32,000 bases of DNA from an uncultured Opitutales bacterium (GTDB lineage: Bacteria; Verrucomicrobiota; Verrucomicrobiia; Opitutales; Intestinicryptomonadaceae): contig CAKUIA010000011.1 in NCBI GenBank assembly GCA_934660865.1, forward strand, positions 56,196 to 88,195, written 5' to 3'. Numbering within the stretch: position 1 is the stretch's first letter; each line of letters opens with the position of its first letter. The notes beneath the pieces are model-generated. The model saw only the letters and a program-made list of their open reading frames with translations. It had not been told where the DNA came from and searched no databases. The translations under genes and the position numbers were made by a program. Shown piece by piece: positions 15,345-24,165 of the stretch.

Positions 15345-16763
15345 ATGATACCAGATATTTTAGCCGAAAGATACGCCTCGAAAGAAATGAAGGCAATCTG
15401 GAGCGTTGAAGGCAAGATTTTGCTTGAACGCGACCTTTGGATTGCCGTTATGAAAGCCCAAAAACAGCTTGGTTTGGACATTCCGCAGGAGGCTATAGAC
15501 GCCTACGAAAAGGTGAAAAACAACATAGACGTAGAGTCTATAAACAACCGCGAGCGCATTACCCGCCACGACGTAAAGGCGCGCATAGAGGAATTTTGCG
15601 ATTTGGCCGGCTACCAGCATATCCACAAGGGTATGACAAGCCGCGACCTTACCGAAAATGTAGAGCAGCTTCAGGCCTTTAAGGCAATGAAGTTGGTAAG
15701 GATAAAAACCGTTGCCGTTCTCGTTAAATTGGCGCAACTTGCCGAAAAGTACAAAGACCTGGCAATTTCGGCAAGAACGCACAATGTGATTGCCCAGCTT
15801 ACGACATTGGGCAAGCGCTACGCAATGTTCGGCGAGGACATTTTAAAGGCTTTAGACCGCCTAAACTACACCATAGACAACTACGCCGTTAGGGGCATTA
15901 AGGGCGCTGTAGGCACCCAGCTAGACCAGCTTACACTGTTCGACGGCGACACCGAAAAAGTTGCCGAGCTAGACGAGCTTATACGCAAGCATTTGGGTAT
16001 GTCGGCGTCGATTAACGCCGTAGGGCAGGTATATCCGCGTTCGTTCGATTTCGAAGTAGTTTCGGCCCTATACCAAATCGGCTGCGGGGCAAGCAGCTTT
16101 GCAAAAACTTTGCGCATTATGGCCGGGCACGAACTTGCAAGCGAAGGCTTTGCAAAGGGGCAAACGGGTTCTTCGGCAATGCCGCATAAAATGAATTCGC
16201 GCAGCTGCGAAAGGCTTAACGGATTCCACGTTATTTTGCGCGGATTTATGGAAATGGCGGCGTCGTTGGGCGGCGACCAGTGGAACGAAGGCGACGTTTC
16301 CTGCTCGGTTGTGCGCAGGGTTATGATGGGAGGGTCGTTCTTTGCAATAGACGGCCTGCTTGAAACCTTTGCCACCATATTGAACCAAATGGAGGTTAAC
16401 GCGGCCGTAATAGAGGCCGAATGCGAAAAATATTTGCCGTTTTTGCTTACCACAACAATTATGATGAATGTCGTAAAAAAAGGCCTGGGCAGGGAAACAG
16501 CCCACGAAATCATAAAGACGCATGCGGTTGCCGTTTCCAAAGACTTGCGTTCGGGCAAAATACACAAAAACGATTTGCTTGAACGACTTGCGGCCGACGA
16601 AAATATGCCCCTTACAATGCCCGAATTGCTTGAAATTGCAAAGGCAGGCAGGGCAAAAACCGCAATGGCACATTCTCAAACCGACGTATTTTGCAAACGG
16701 GTTGCCGAAATTGCCGAAAAATTCCCCGAAGCGAAAAGCTACGCTCCAAGCCCGATATTGTAG
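15345..16763 (+). CDS. purB: Adenylosuccinate lyase
   Basis: 472 aa. Fumarate-lyase superfamily signature GSSAMPHKMNSRSCERL. N-terminal RYASKEMKAIWS, typical of PurB. Confidence 0.93.
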   Translation: MIPDILAERYASKEMKAIWSVEGKILLERDLWIAVMKAQKQLGLDIPQEAIDAYEKVKNNIDVESINNRERITRHDVKARIEEFCDLAGYQHIHKGMTSRDLTENVEQLQAFKAMKLVRIKTVAVLVKLAQLAEKYKDLAISARTHNVIAQLTTLGKRYAMFGEDILKALDRLNYTIDNYAVRGIKGAVGTQLDQLTLFDGDTEKVAELDELIRKHLGMSASINAVGQVYPRSFDFEVVSALYQIGCGASSFAKTLRIMAGHELASEGFAKGQTGSSAMPHKMNSRSCERLNGFHVILRGFMEMAASLGGDQWNEGDVSCSVVRRVMMGGSFFAIDGLLETFATILNQMEVNAAVIEAECEKYLPFLLTTTIMMNVVKKGLGRETAHEIIKTHAVAVSKDLRSGKIHKNDLLERLAADENMPLTMPELLEIAKAGRAKTAMAHSQTDVFCKRVAEIAEKFPEAKSYAPSPIL

Positions 16764-16766
16764 GCA

Positions 16767-17885
16767 ATGTTTAAGCTGCTAAAGAAAAGCGAAAAGTCTT
16801 CGGCGCGCAGGGGCGAACTTACTTTGCCGCACGGCGTTGTGCAAACGCCCGTGTTTATGCCGGTTGGCACGCAGGCAACGGTTAAGGGGCTAACCCCGAC
16901 CCAGGTGCTAGACTGCAACGCCCAGATAATTTTGGCGAATACCTACCACCTAAACATTAGGCCTACCGCCGATTTGGTGGAACAAATGGGAGGGCTGCAT
17001 TCCTTTATGCAGTGGCCAAAACCCATTCTTACCGACAGCGGCGGTTTTCAGGTTTTCAGCCTGTCGTCGTTGCGCAAGATAACCGAAAAGGGCATAGAAT
17101 TTAAGTCGCACATAGACGGGGCGAAACTGTTTTTAAGCCCCGAGTCGTGCGTGCAAATTCAGCGCAAATTGGGTTCGGATATCTCCATGGTGCTCGACGA
17201 ATGTATAAAGTGGCCGTGCCCGAAGGGCGAATGCAGGCAGTCGGTAGAGCGCACTTTGCGCTGGGCAAAACGCTGTTTGGACGAATACCGCTCGTATCCG
17301 AACGACGGCAGGCTTTTGTTCGGCATAACGCAGGGCGGTACCTACGAAGATATCAGAACCTATTGCTCGCAGGAGCTTGCAAAGATGGATTTCCCCGGCT
17401 ACGCAATAGGCGGGGTTTCGGTTGGCGAGCCCGAAGAGGAAATGCTAAAACAGGTTGCCTATTGCACGCCGCATTTGCCCGAAAACAAGCCCCGCTATGT
17501 AATGGGCGTCGGCACGCCGCGCCAGTTGCTTGAAATGATTGCATTGGGGGCCGATATGTTCGACTGTGTAATGCCGACGCGCTTGGCAAGGCACGGGTGC
17601 GCCTTTACAAATTTCGGCACTATAAATCTTAAAAATTCAAAATATAGGCAAGACAAGCGCCCCATAGACGAGACTATGGCCGAAAATTACACGACGCAGT
17701 TTTCGCGCGCGTATTTAAGGCACTTGGTTGTTGCCAACGAAATGCTCGCTTGCACGCTGCTTTCGATACACAATATTTGCTATTTTCAGGAGCTTATGGC
17801 AAAGGCCCGCAAGCACATAGAGCAGGGCGATTTCGAGGAATGGAAAGCCGCCGAAATCTACAGAATGGGCCAGCCGCAAGACTAG
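16767..17885 (+). CDS. tgt: Queuine tRNA-ribosyltransferase (tRNA-guanine transglycosylase)
   Basis: 372 aa. Motifs: TPVFMPVGTQATVKG, ILANTYHL, TDSGGFQV, and the zinc-site region CVMPTR...H. Confidence 0.95.
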   Translation: MFKLLKKSEKSSARRGELTLPHGVVQTPVFMPVGTQATVKGLTPTQVLDCNAQIILANTYHLNIRPTADLVEQMGGLHSFMQWPKPILTDSGGFQVFSLSSLRKITEKGIEFKSHIDGAKLFLSPESCVQIQRKLGSDISMVLDECIKWPCPKGECRQSVERTLRWAKRCLDEYRSYPNDGRLLFGITQGGTYEDIRTYCSQELAKMDFPGYAIGGVSVGEPEEEMLKQVAYCTPHLPENKPRYVMGVGTPRQLLEMIALGADMFDCVMPTRLARHGCAFTNFGTINLKNSKYRQDKRPIDETMAENYTTQFSRAYLRHLVVANEMLACTLLSIHNICYFQELMAKARKHIEQGDFEEWKAAEIYRMGQPQD

Positions 17886-17918
17886 GCATATCGGTTCAAA
17901 TCGGATTTTTCAAAAAGC

Positions 17919-17949
17919 AAAAAACCTCCGTTAACGGAGGTTTTTTTTG
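17919..17949. terminator. Bidirectional intrinsic terminator between tgt and the convergent methyltransferase gene
   Basis: Perfect palindrome CCTCCGTTAACGGAGG (17925-17940), flanked by an A-run and T8. Confidence 0.8.
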
Positions 17950-17972
17950 TGCTAAGCGCTTTTTGTTTTGCG

Positions 17973-19187
17973 CTAAATTCTGCTTAAAGTGGCAACGCTT
18001 TCTATATGGCGCGTTTGCGGGAACATATCAAAGGGCTGTATTTTTTGCACCTTGTAGCCGTTGGCGGTTAGGCATATCAAGTCGCGCGCCTGGGTGTCGG
18101 GCCCGCACGAAACATATACAAGTTTTTTCGGTGCAAAGTTTACAAGCTGCTGCAAAAATTCCTCCGAGCAGCCGCTTCGCGGCGGATCTATAATCATGGA
18201 CGATTCGCTACCTTTAAAGGCAATGTTTTTGAAAATCTCCTCCGACGAACCCAGCGTAAATTCGCAGTTTAGGGCGTTGTTTATCTTTCTGTTTTCTTCG
18301 GCGCAGTTTATGGCCTTTTCGCTTATTTCGATGGCGGCAACCTTTTCGAAATACCTGTGCGAAGCTATTGCAAAAAGCCCGACTCCGCAATAGGCGTCTA
18401 CCAAATATTTGCTGCCCAATGCTTCGTTTACAATGTAGCCTACAAATTCGGGCAAAATAAAGGGGTTGTTTTGGAAAAAGTCGCCCGCAACAAAGTTGTA
18501 GGTAAATTCGCCCACTTTTGCCTTTACAACGGCGTTGTTGTCGCTGACAACGCCCGTAAGGGTATCCCTTAAAAGAATAGTGCCGCCGCGCTTTAATTTG
18601 TCGGCTTTGTCTATTATGTTTTTGCGGGCTTGCGGCAACGCTTCGTTTATCGCCTTAGACGCAATGGGGCAATAGGGCACGTCTACCAAAGTTTGCCTGC
18701 GCGACTGCATTATAAAGCCAACCGGCATTGAACCGTCTTTTAGGGGCTTGTTGTAGTGCGGCGTAAGCTTCGAGCGGTATCCCAAAACTTCGGGCGAAGG
18801 GTGCGTAGGCTCTACCGAAACTTCAAGCTTTGCAATGTGCTTCATTAAATCGCCAATTTGCTTTTGCTTAAGCTTTAGTTGGGCGGCGTAGGTTAAATGC
18901 TGGTATTGGCAGCCGCCGCATACACCGAAAAGCTTGCAAAAAGGCTCGGCTCTTTCGGGCGAAGGTTCCAGCACTTCAACTAAATCGGCCTCCGAATAGT
19001 TTTTTTTGTTTCTGTAAACCGACGCCTTTACCTTTTCGCCCATAAGCGCATAGGGCACAAAAACAACCCAGTCGTTTATTTTGCCCACTCCTATGCCCAA
19101 ATTGCTTACATCGCATATATCGAGGACAATCTCTTCCTTATACTTAAACGGAAATTCTACAAAATTTTTGGGTTGCGATTTATTCAT
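17973..19187 (-). CDS. RlmD/TrmA-family RNA (uracil-5)-methyltransferase with TRAM domain and Fe-S cluster
   Basis: 404 aa. N-terminal TRAM-like beta domain, Cys cluster CKLFGVCGGCQYQH, SAM fold DAYCGVGLF, and C-terminal DPPRSG...YVSCGP...FDMFPQTRHIE. Confidence 0.85.
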   Translation of the reverse strand: MNKSQPKNFVEFPFKYKEEIVLDICDVSNLGIGVGKINDWVVFVPYALMGEKVKASVYRNKKNYSEADLVEVLEPSPERAEPFCKLFGVCGGCQYQHLTYAAQLKLKQKQIGDLMKHIAKLEVSVEPTHPSPEVLGYRSKLTPHYNKPLKDGSMPVGFIMQSRRQTLVDVPYCPIASKAINEALPQARKNIIDKADKLKRGGTILLRDTLTGVVSDNNAVVKAKVGEFTYNFVAGDFFQNNPFILPEFVGYIVNEALGSKYLVDAYCGVGLFAIASHRYFEKVAAIEISEKAINCAEENRKINNALNCEFTLGSSEEIFKNIAFKGSESSMIIDPPRSGCSEEFLQQLVNFAPKKLVYVSCGPDTQARDLICLTANGYKVQKIQPFDMFPQTRHIESVATLSRI

Positions 19188-19231
19188 AAAGAAGTGTTAT
19201 CGTATAGTAAGTTGAAATTGTCAAAATCAAT

Positions 19232-20041
19232 ATGGAAGAAGTTATAGTTAGCAGACAAAACCCGAGGGTAAAAATGCTTGCCGGTTTGCAGGAGCGTTCG
19301 GGCAGGCGCGAGCTTGGCAGGTTTGCCGTAGAGGGTCTGCGCGAGCTTGAACGCTGTGTAGCGGCCAACGCTCCGCTAGAGGAGGTTTACTTTTGCCCGT
19401 CTTTGTTTAAAAGCGCCGAGCACCAAAAGTTTTTGGATTCCCTTAAAGGCAAAATAGAGCTTTGCGAATTGGGCAAAAGCGCATTCGAAAAAGTGTCGAA
19501 CAGGGAGGGCTGCGACGGCCTTATAGGAGTTAGCCTTCAATGGGGCATAACGCTTTCGGACATAGAGCTTAATAAAGACCGCCCGACTTTGTTTTTGGTT
19601 GCCGATTCCATCGAAAAACCAGGCAATTTGGGCGCATTGCTCCGCAGTGCCGACGCCGTTAAGGCCGACGCCGTGATTTTGTCGGACAGCGTTGTAGACG
19701 TATTTAACCCTGCCGTTGTAAGGGCAAGCCAGGGGGCTTTGTTTAGCATGCAAATTGCAAACGCAAAGAGGGACGAAATTATCGCCTACCTAAACGAGCG
19801 CAAAGTTAAGACCTTTGCAATGGCGTTGACGGCTTCAAAACTTATATGGGACGCCGACTTGTCGGGCAGCGTGGCTGTTGTTGTAGGCAGCGAAAAAGAC
19901 GGCCTGCCGCAGGCGTGGATAGACGCGTGTTCCGACAGGATAAAGTTTCCGATGTACGGCGGGGCCGACAGCCTTAACGTGAATGTGGCGGCAGCCCTTG
20001 CCTTATACGAAAAGCGCCGCATAGACGCAAAAAAGGCGTAG
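19232..20041 (+). CDS. TrmH/SpoU-family RNA 2'-O-methyltransferase
   Basis: 269 aa. SpoU motifs: EKPGNLGALLRSADA, VVGSEKDGL and IPMYGGADSLNVNVAAALALYE. Confidence 0.85.
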   Translation: MEEVIVSRQNPRVKMLAGLQERSGRRELGRFAVEGLRELERCVAANAPLEEVYFCPSLFKSAEHQKFLDSLKGKIELCELGKSAFEKVSNREGCDGLIGVSLQWGITLSDIELNKDRPTLFLVADSIEKPGNLGALLRSADAVKADAVILSDSVVDVFNPAVVRASQGALFSMQIANAKRDEIIAYLNERKVKTFAMALTASKLIWDADLSGSVAVVVGSEKDGLPQAWIDACSDRIKFPMYGGADSLNVNVAAALALYEKRRIDAKKA

Positions 20042-20064
20042 GCTTTAGCTTGCATATTTAAAAA

Positions 20065-20105
20065 AATAAAAAAGGTGTTTTGGAATTTCCAAAGCACCTT
20101 TTTGT
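20065..20105. terminator. Bidirectional intrinsic terminator between the TrmH-family gene and the convergent permease gene
   Basis: Arm AGGTGTTTTGGAA pairs with TTCCAAAGCACCT (20073-20099) with one G-U pair. An A-rich run lies upstream and a T-run downstream. Confidence 0.75.
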
Positions 20106-20125
20106 TTTGCTTAAAATCTATATTG

Positions 20126-21469
20126 CTATTTTACGTTTTGCGACTTTATGCCTGCGAGCATTGCAACAAGGTATACAACTGCGCCTATTGCAAATGTTAT
20201 AACGGGGGGCATGGGCAATTCGCATACGCCAAAGTTGGGCAAAATGCCAACTGCAAAGCCTATAGCCCAAGCCAGCCAGCCGGCGGGGTTTAAGTCCTTT
20301 CTCGGGCCGCCCCATTTGCCTTTGCAAAGGAAATATTCAATAAATATTGCGCCGCAAATCGGGCCAAAGCTTACGCCTATTATGTTTAAAACGTCTACAA
20401 TAGCCCCGGGTTGTCCCCTTAAGAAAATTGCAAGCAATATTGCAACCGCGCCGCCCATTGCAACCGAAATTGTAGAGTTGATATTGGGCAACATTGTTTT
20501 AAACGAGTTTGCCGCAATTAGAGAAGAGAAGCATGCCGAGGGGAATGCCGCCAAAGCCAGCGCCAAGAACATATATTCGCCCGCACTTTTGCCGAAGAAT
20601 GCGCCCATTACATCGGTTGCGGTAATGCCCGCCGTGCCGCCTTTAGTTGCAATAACTTTTGCCGCAACTTCGGGGTTGCCCAAGGCGCCCGCAATTATAA
20701 CCAAAGCGGCTATTGCCGTAAATATCATCATGCCGGCAACGCCAACTAGGCCGCCCATTTGAACGTCTTTTGCGTTTCTAGACCCCGTGCCGAAGTCTAC
20801 GCCCGCAGCACCCGCTGTTGCAAAGAAGGCCACAAATGCGCCCACTATTGCCATAAATATTGTGCTGTTGTCGCACGAAGGAGCCGTATTTACAAGGCTT
20901 GCCTTTAATATGGCGGGGTTAAAATCGGCAACGCTCGGAACTGCCTTTACCAAAAGAATAATCAAAATGGCCAAAGGCACAAGCGGCAGATATGTGGAAA
21001 TGCCCGCAACATATTTAATGCCCTTTAAGCCTATAAATGTCGCCAAGCCGCCCCATACAACTATGAAGGGAATTTTGTAGGCGTCGGGGGCAATGGCCGA
21101 AGCGCCTATGCAGTTTACCGCAACCCAGCCGAATTGCAAAATGCCCATAAGCAAGCCGGGCATTACAATGCCGCCTTTTTCGCCGAAAATAGAGCTGCCT
21201 ATAACCGCAAGGGGAAGCCCCGTTTTCATGCCGAACATACCGGCCGAAAGATAAAAGAAAAAGTGGCAAACCAAAGCTCCCGTAATAACGGCCGCAATGG
21301 GAACAAGCAAACCGTTTACAAGGTTGTTGGAACTTACCATAGTCCAAAAAACAAACCACAGCAAAATTCCCGCATAGGCGGGCGCGGTGTTTTTAAACCA
21401 CGGTGCGCGGTTTTTTTGAGGGTTTGGTTTTGCGTTCGCAATATACGAAGGGCAATTATTTTCGCTCAT
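20126..21469 (-). CDS. NCS1-like (purine/cytosine/pyrimidine-precursor permease family) transporter
   Basis: 447 aa with about 12 hydrophobic helices. Its segments resemble those I recall from CodB/CytX-type NCS1 proteins (GLPLAVIGSSIFGEKGG, LQFGWVAVN, GVDFGTGSRNAKD). The family call is from memory of motifs and has not been searched. The substrate is unknown. Confidence 0.55.
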   Translation of the reverse strand: MSENNCPSYIANAKPNPQKNRAPWFKNTAPAYAGILLWFVFWTMVSSNNLVNGLLVPIAAVITGALVCHFFFYLSAGMFGMKTGLPLAVIGSSIFGEKGGIVMPGLLMGILQFGWVAVNCIGASAIAPDAYKIPFIVVWGGLATFIGLKGIKYVAGISTYLPLVPLAILIILLVKAVPSVADFNPAILKASLVNTAPSCDNSTIFMAIVGAFVAFFATAGAAGVDFGTGSRNAKDVQMGGLVGVAGMMIFTAIAALVIIAGALGNPEVAAKVIATKGGTAGITATDVMGAFFGKSAGEYMFLALALAAFPSACFSSLIAANSFKTMLPNINSTISVAMGGAVAILLAIFLRGQPGAIVDVLNIIGVSFGPICGAIFIEYFLCKGKWGGPRKDLNPAGWLAWAIGFAVGILPNFGVCELPMPPVITFAIGAVVYLVAMLAGIKSQNVK

Positions 21470-21621
21470 ATCTATTTATTATATCCTTTATATTTACTGT
21501 TGAAATTTTTGCGAGAGAAACGAATGTCGCCAAAGGTTCAAATCGCTAGAGACAGTCAAAATTGTTTGCGGCCTTTGCTCAAGCAAAAAATGCCGACGGC
21601 AATGCAAAACGTTTTTTTTAC

Positions 21622-22200
21622 TTAGCGTTTTTGCTTAAAAAACAGCCTGCGCTTTTTTGTTTTGCGCATTTTAAGCGCGTTTTTATATACCCTTAAAACA
21701 AGCTCTATGCACTGTTTTGCGCTTTGGTTGCCCAAAGATACGCATATGCCGCTTCGTATGTAGAAGGGGTATCTTTCCTTTAAAAGGCTTTCTATGCGCT
21801 CGCGGGGGTTTTGCACATTCATAAGAGGGCGCTTTGTAGACTTTGTAACCCTTTCGTAGATTACGTCTACGGGAGCAAACAGGCAAACGGAAATACCCTT
21901 AGACTTTATAAGCTCTGGCATATTGTCGCGGCAGGGCATGCCGCCGCCGCACGAAACTACGCACCCGAACGGCGGGTGGCCGCTTTCCATAAACTCCTTT
22001 TCAAGCTTCCTAAAATGCCCCTCGCCGAACTTTTCGAATATGTCTTTTATAGACATTCCCGTTTTCGCCTCTATTTCGGCGTCGGAATCTATAAAGCGCA
22101 TTTTAAGTTTGTCGGCCAAGGCTCTGCCTATCATACTCTTGCCCGTTCCCATGAATCCGAGAAGGTATAAATTGGTTCGTTTGTCGGTTTGGCCGTTCAT
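21622..22200 (-). CDS. aroK: Shikimate kinase
   Basis: P-loop NLYLLGFMGTGKSMIGRALA followed by FIDSD. I chose the start at ATG 22200 (MNGQTDKRTNLYL); the track ORF extends to 22239. It has an unusual basic C-terminal tail, KMRKTKKRRLFFKQKR. Confidence 0.85.
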   Translation of the reverse strand: MNGQTDKRTNLYLLGFMGTGKSMIGRALADKLKMRFIDSDAEIEAKTGMSIKDIFEKFGEGHFRKLEKEFMESGHPPFGCVVSCGGGMPCRDNMPELIKSKGISVCLFAPVDVIYERVTKSTKRPLMNVQNPRERIESLLKERYPFYIRSGICVSLGNQSAKQCIELVLRVYKNALKMRKTKKRRLFFKQKR

Positions 22201-22287
22201 TTTCGGGATAATCCGACACTTCGGTGATTTTTTCAACAATAAAATTATTCTTGAACGCCAATATTAAATGGATTTTATATTTGGGGA

Positions 22288-23733
22288 ATGAATTTATTTA
22301 AGAAGATTACCCAAAAGTTGTTGGGGTTGGGCAAAAAGAAAACTTTGCCCGCAAAAAAACGCGGCAATTTTAAAGGAAAGCAAAAAAGGCCGTCGAACGC
22401 ACAGCGCGGCAATTCGCGCAACTTTAACGGCAAACGCTTGGAGGGCAAAACGGCGCAGCGCAGTTCCCGCCGTTTTGAGGAAAAGAAGCTTGTATGCAAA
22501 ACCGTTCCCGAAACCCCCGTTGCGGCCGAAATGCCCGCAAGGGAGCTTTTTGCCGAAAACACCCGAAAGTTTGCCGACTTGGGGGTTGCCGACGCTCTTT
22601 TGGCTGCGATAAACGACATGCAGTATAGCGAGCCTACCGAAATTCAGGTTTCGGCAATTCCGTCGGCGTTGGGCGGGCGCGACGTTATAGGCACGGCGCA
22701 AACGGGCACCGGCAAAACGGCGGCGTTTGCCCTGCCGGTTTTGCAGCAAATTAAAGAGCACTGCCAAACGGTTTCGGCTTTAATGCTTGCCCCCACGCGC
22801 GAGCTTGCCTCGCAGATACACGATGCGGTTGTTTGCTATTGCAAATACACAAATTTGCGCTGCGTGCTTATTCAGGGCGGCGTATCAATGCAAAAGCAGG
22901 TAGACGAGCTTGGCAAAGGCGCCGACATTATAGTTGCCACCCCCGGCAGAATAATAGACCTTATGCGCCAAAGGCTTGTTTCGCTTAAAACGGTAAAATA
23001 CCTTGTTTTAGACGAGGTAGACCGCATGTTCGACATGGGCTTTATAGAAGACGTAACCTACATAATAAGGTCGTGCCCCGCGCAAAGGCAAACGCTGTTT
23101 TTCTCGGCGACAATGCCCGACGCCGTACAAAAGCTTTCGTCTTGGGCGTTAAAAGACCCCGTAAGAATAGACATAGGCATTGTACATACTCCCGCCGAAA
23201 CGGTAGAGCACTTTATATATCCCGTCGACAGAATGCAAAAGTACGATATGCTTTTGAAAATTTTGGAGACATTGCCAAACGACAGGATTATAGTGTTTAC
23301 CAGAACCAGAATAGACGCCGACAGAATAGGCGAAAGGGTGGCGGCTTTAGGCTACAAGGTTTCGGTTTTGCATTCCGACAAATCGCAGCGCGAAAGGGAT
23401 TTGGCTTTGGCCGAATTTAAAGACGGCAAAACAAACATTTTGGTTGCAACCGACATAGCGTCGAGGGGATTGGACATAAGCTCGGTTTCGGTTGTAATAA
23501 ACTACAATGTGCCCGAACATTCCGAAGACTATGTCCACCGCATAGGCAGAACGGGGCGCGCCCACCACTTGGGCAGGGCAATAACCTTGTTTTCGTCCGA
23601 CGAAATAGACTTTTTGCGCAGGATAGAGCGCTTTATAAATGCGCCCATTCCCAGACGCAGGCTTGAGGGTTTTGAATATAATTACGAGCCCGACTTAAAC
23701 GAACAAAAAAAATGTCGAAAGAGAAATAGATGA
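22288..23733 (+). CDS. DEAD-box ATP-dependent RNA helicase (RhlE-like) with a basic N-terminal extension
   Basis: 481 aa. Q-motif region FADLGV...EPTEIQ, motif I AQTGTGKTAAF, motif II DEVDRMFDMGF (DEVD variant), motif III SAT, and motif VI HRIGRTGRA. The first roughly 95 aa are K/R-rich and low in complexity. Confidence 0.93.
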   Translation: MNLFKKITQKLLGLGKKKTLPAKKRGNFKGKQKRPSNAQRGNSRNFNGKRLEGKTAQRSSRRFEEKKLVCKTVPETPVAAEMPARELFAENTRKFADLGVADALLAAINDMQYSEPTEIQVSAIPSALGGRDVIGTAQTGTGKTAAFALPVLQQIKEHCQTVSALMLAPTRELASQIHDAVVCYCKYTNLRCVLIQGGVSMQKQVDELGKGADIIVATPGRIIDLMRQRLVSLKTVKYLVLDEVDRMFDMGFIEDVTYIIRSCPAQRQTLFFSATMPDAVQKLSSWALKDPVRIDIGIVHTPAETVEHFIYPVDRMQKYDMLLKILETLPNDRIIVFTRTRIDADRIGERVAALGYKVSVLHSDKSQRERDLALAEFKDGKTNILVATDIASRGLDISSVSVVINYNVPEHSEDYVHRIGRTGRAHHLGRAITLFSSDEIDFLRRIERFINAPIPRRRLEGFEYNYEPDLNEQKKCRKRNR

Positions 23734-24164
23734 TTAAAGATACCGAAAAGGCACAGGTTGCGTTCGTATGCCCGTCGCCGTTCGGCTACGCGGTTTTTAT
23801 GTCGTGTCCCAGTAAAACCTTTGTGATTTACATGGACAGGACTGGCGGTTCGAACATCGAAAAAGCAATGGCGGGGGAAAAGGGCGTAAGGCCGCTTTCG
23901 CACGAGCTTATGTTGTCGTTGCTAGACTCTATGGACTGCTCCGTAGAGTACGTTTTAATAAGCGACACAAACGAGGGCACTTTTTATTCCACAATAAGGG
24001 CAGGCGTTGAAAACGAGCTTGGCACGAAAATAATAGAGGTAGACGCCCGCCCGAGCGACTCGGTAAGTTTGGCGCTTCGCGCAAACGCTCCCATTTACGT
24101 TGCAAAAAACGTGCTCGAAAAGGTAAGCGACACTTCCGAAATTCTCGCCCAGTTAAAAGGTTAG
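23730..24164 (+). CDS. Bifunctional nuclease family protein (DUF151/BFN domain)
   Basis: 144 aa. Family-like segments: RPLSHELMLSLL, GTFYSTI and EVDARPSDSVSLALRANAPIYV. The start overlaps the helicase stop as ATGA (23730-23733). Confidence 0.75.
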   Translation: MIKDTEKAQVAFVCPSPFGYAVFMSCPSKTFVIYMDRTGGSNIEKAMAGEKGVRPLSHELMLSLLDSMDCSVEYVLISDTNEGTFYSTIRAGVENELGTKIIEVDARPSDSVSLALRANAPIYVAKNVLEKVSDTSEILAQLKG

Positions 24165-24165
24165 A

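Noticed and set aside
15881-16679. 228-aa and 203-aa ORFs antisense to purB.
   Set aside because: These are shadow ORFs within a gene that carries the fumarate-lyase signature. They have no independent start context or motifs.
20148-21080. 204-aa and 97-aa plus-strand ORFs opposite the permease.
   Set aside because: The Ala/Pro/Ile-rich translation is the mirror of a hydrophobic membrane protein gene. The minus-strand ORF is full length, with about 12 helices.
21470-21621. TPP or purine riboswitch upstream of the NCS1-like permease.
   Set aside because: The conserved cores (CUGAGA plus ACCUGAUCUGGAUAAUGCCAGCG for TPP; the purine three-way junction loops) are not present on the minus strand.
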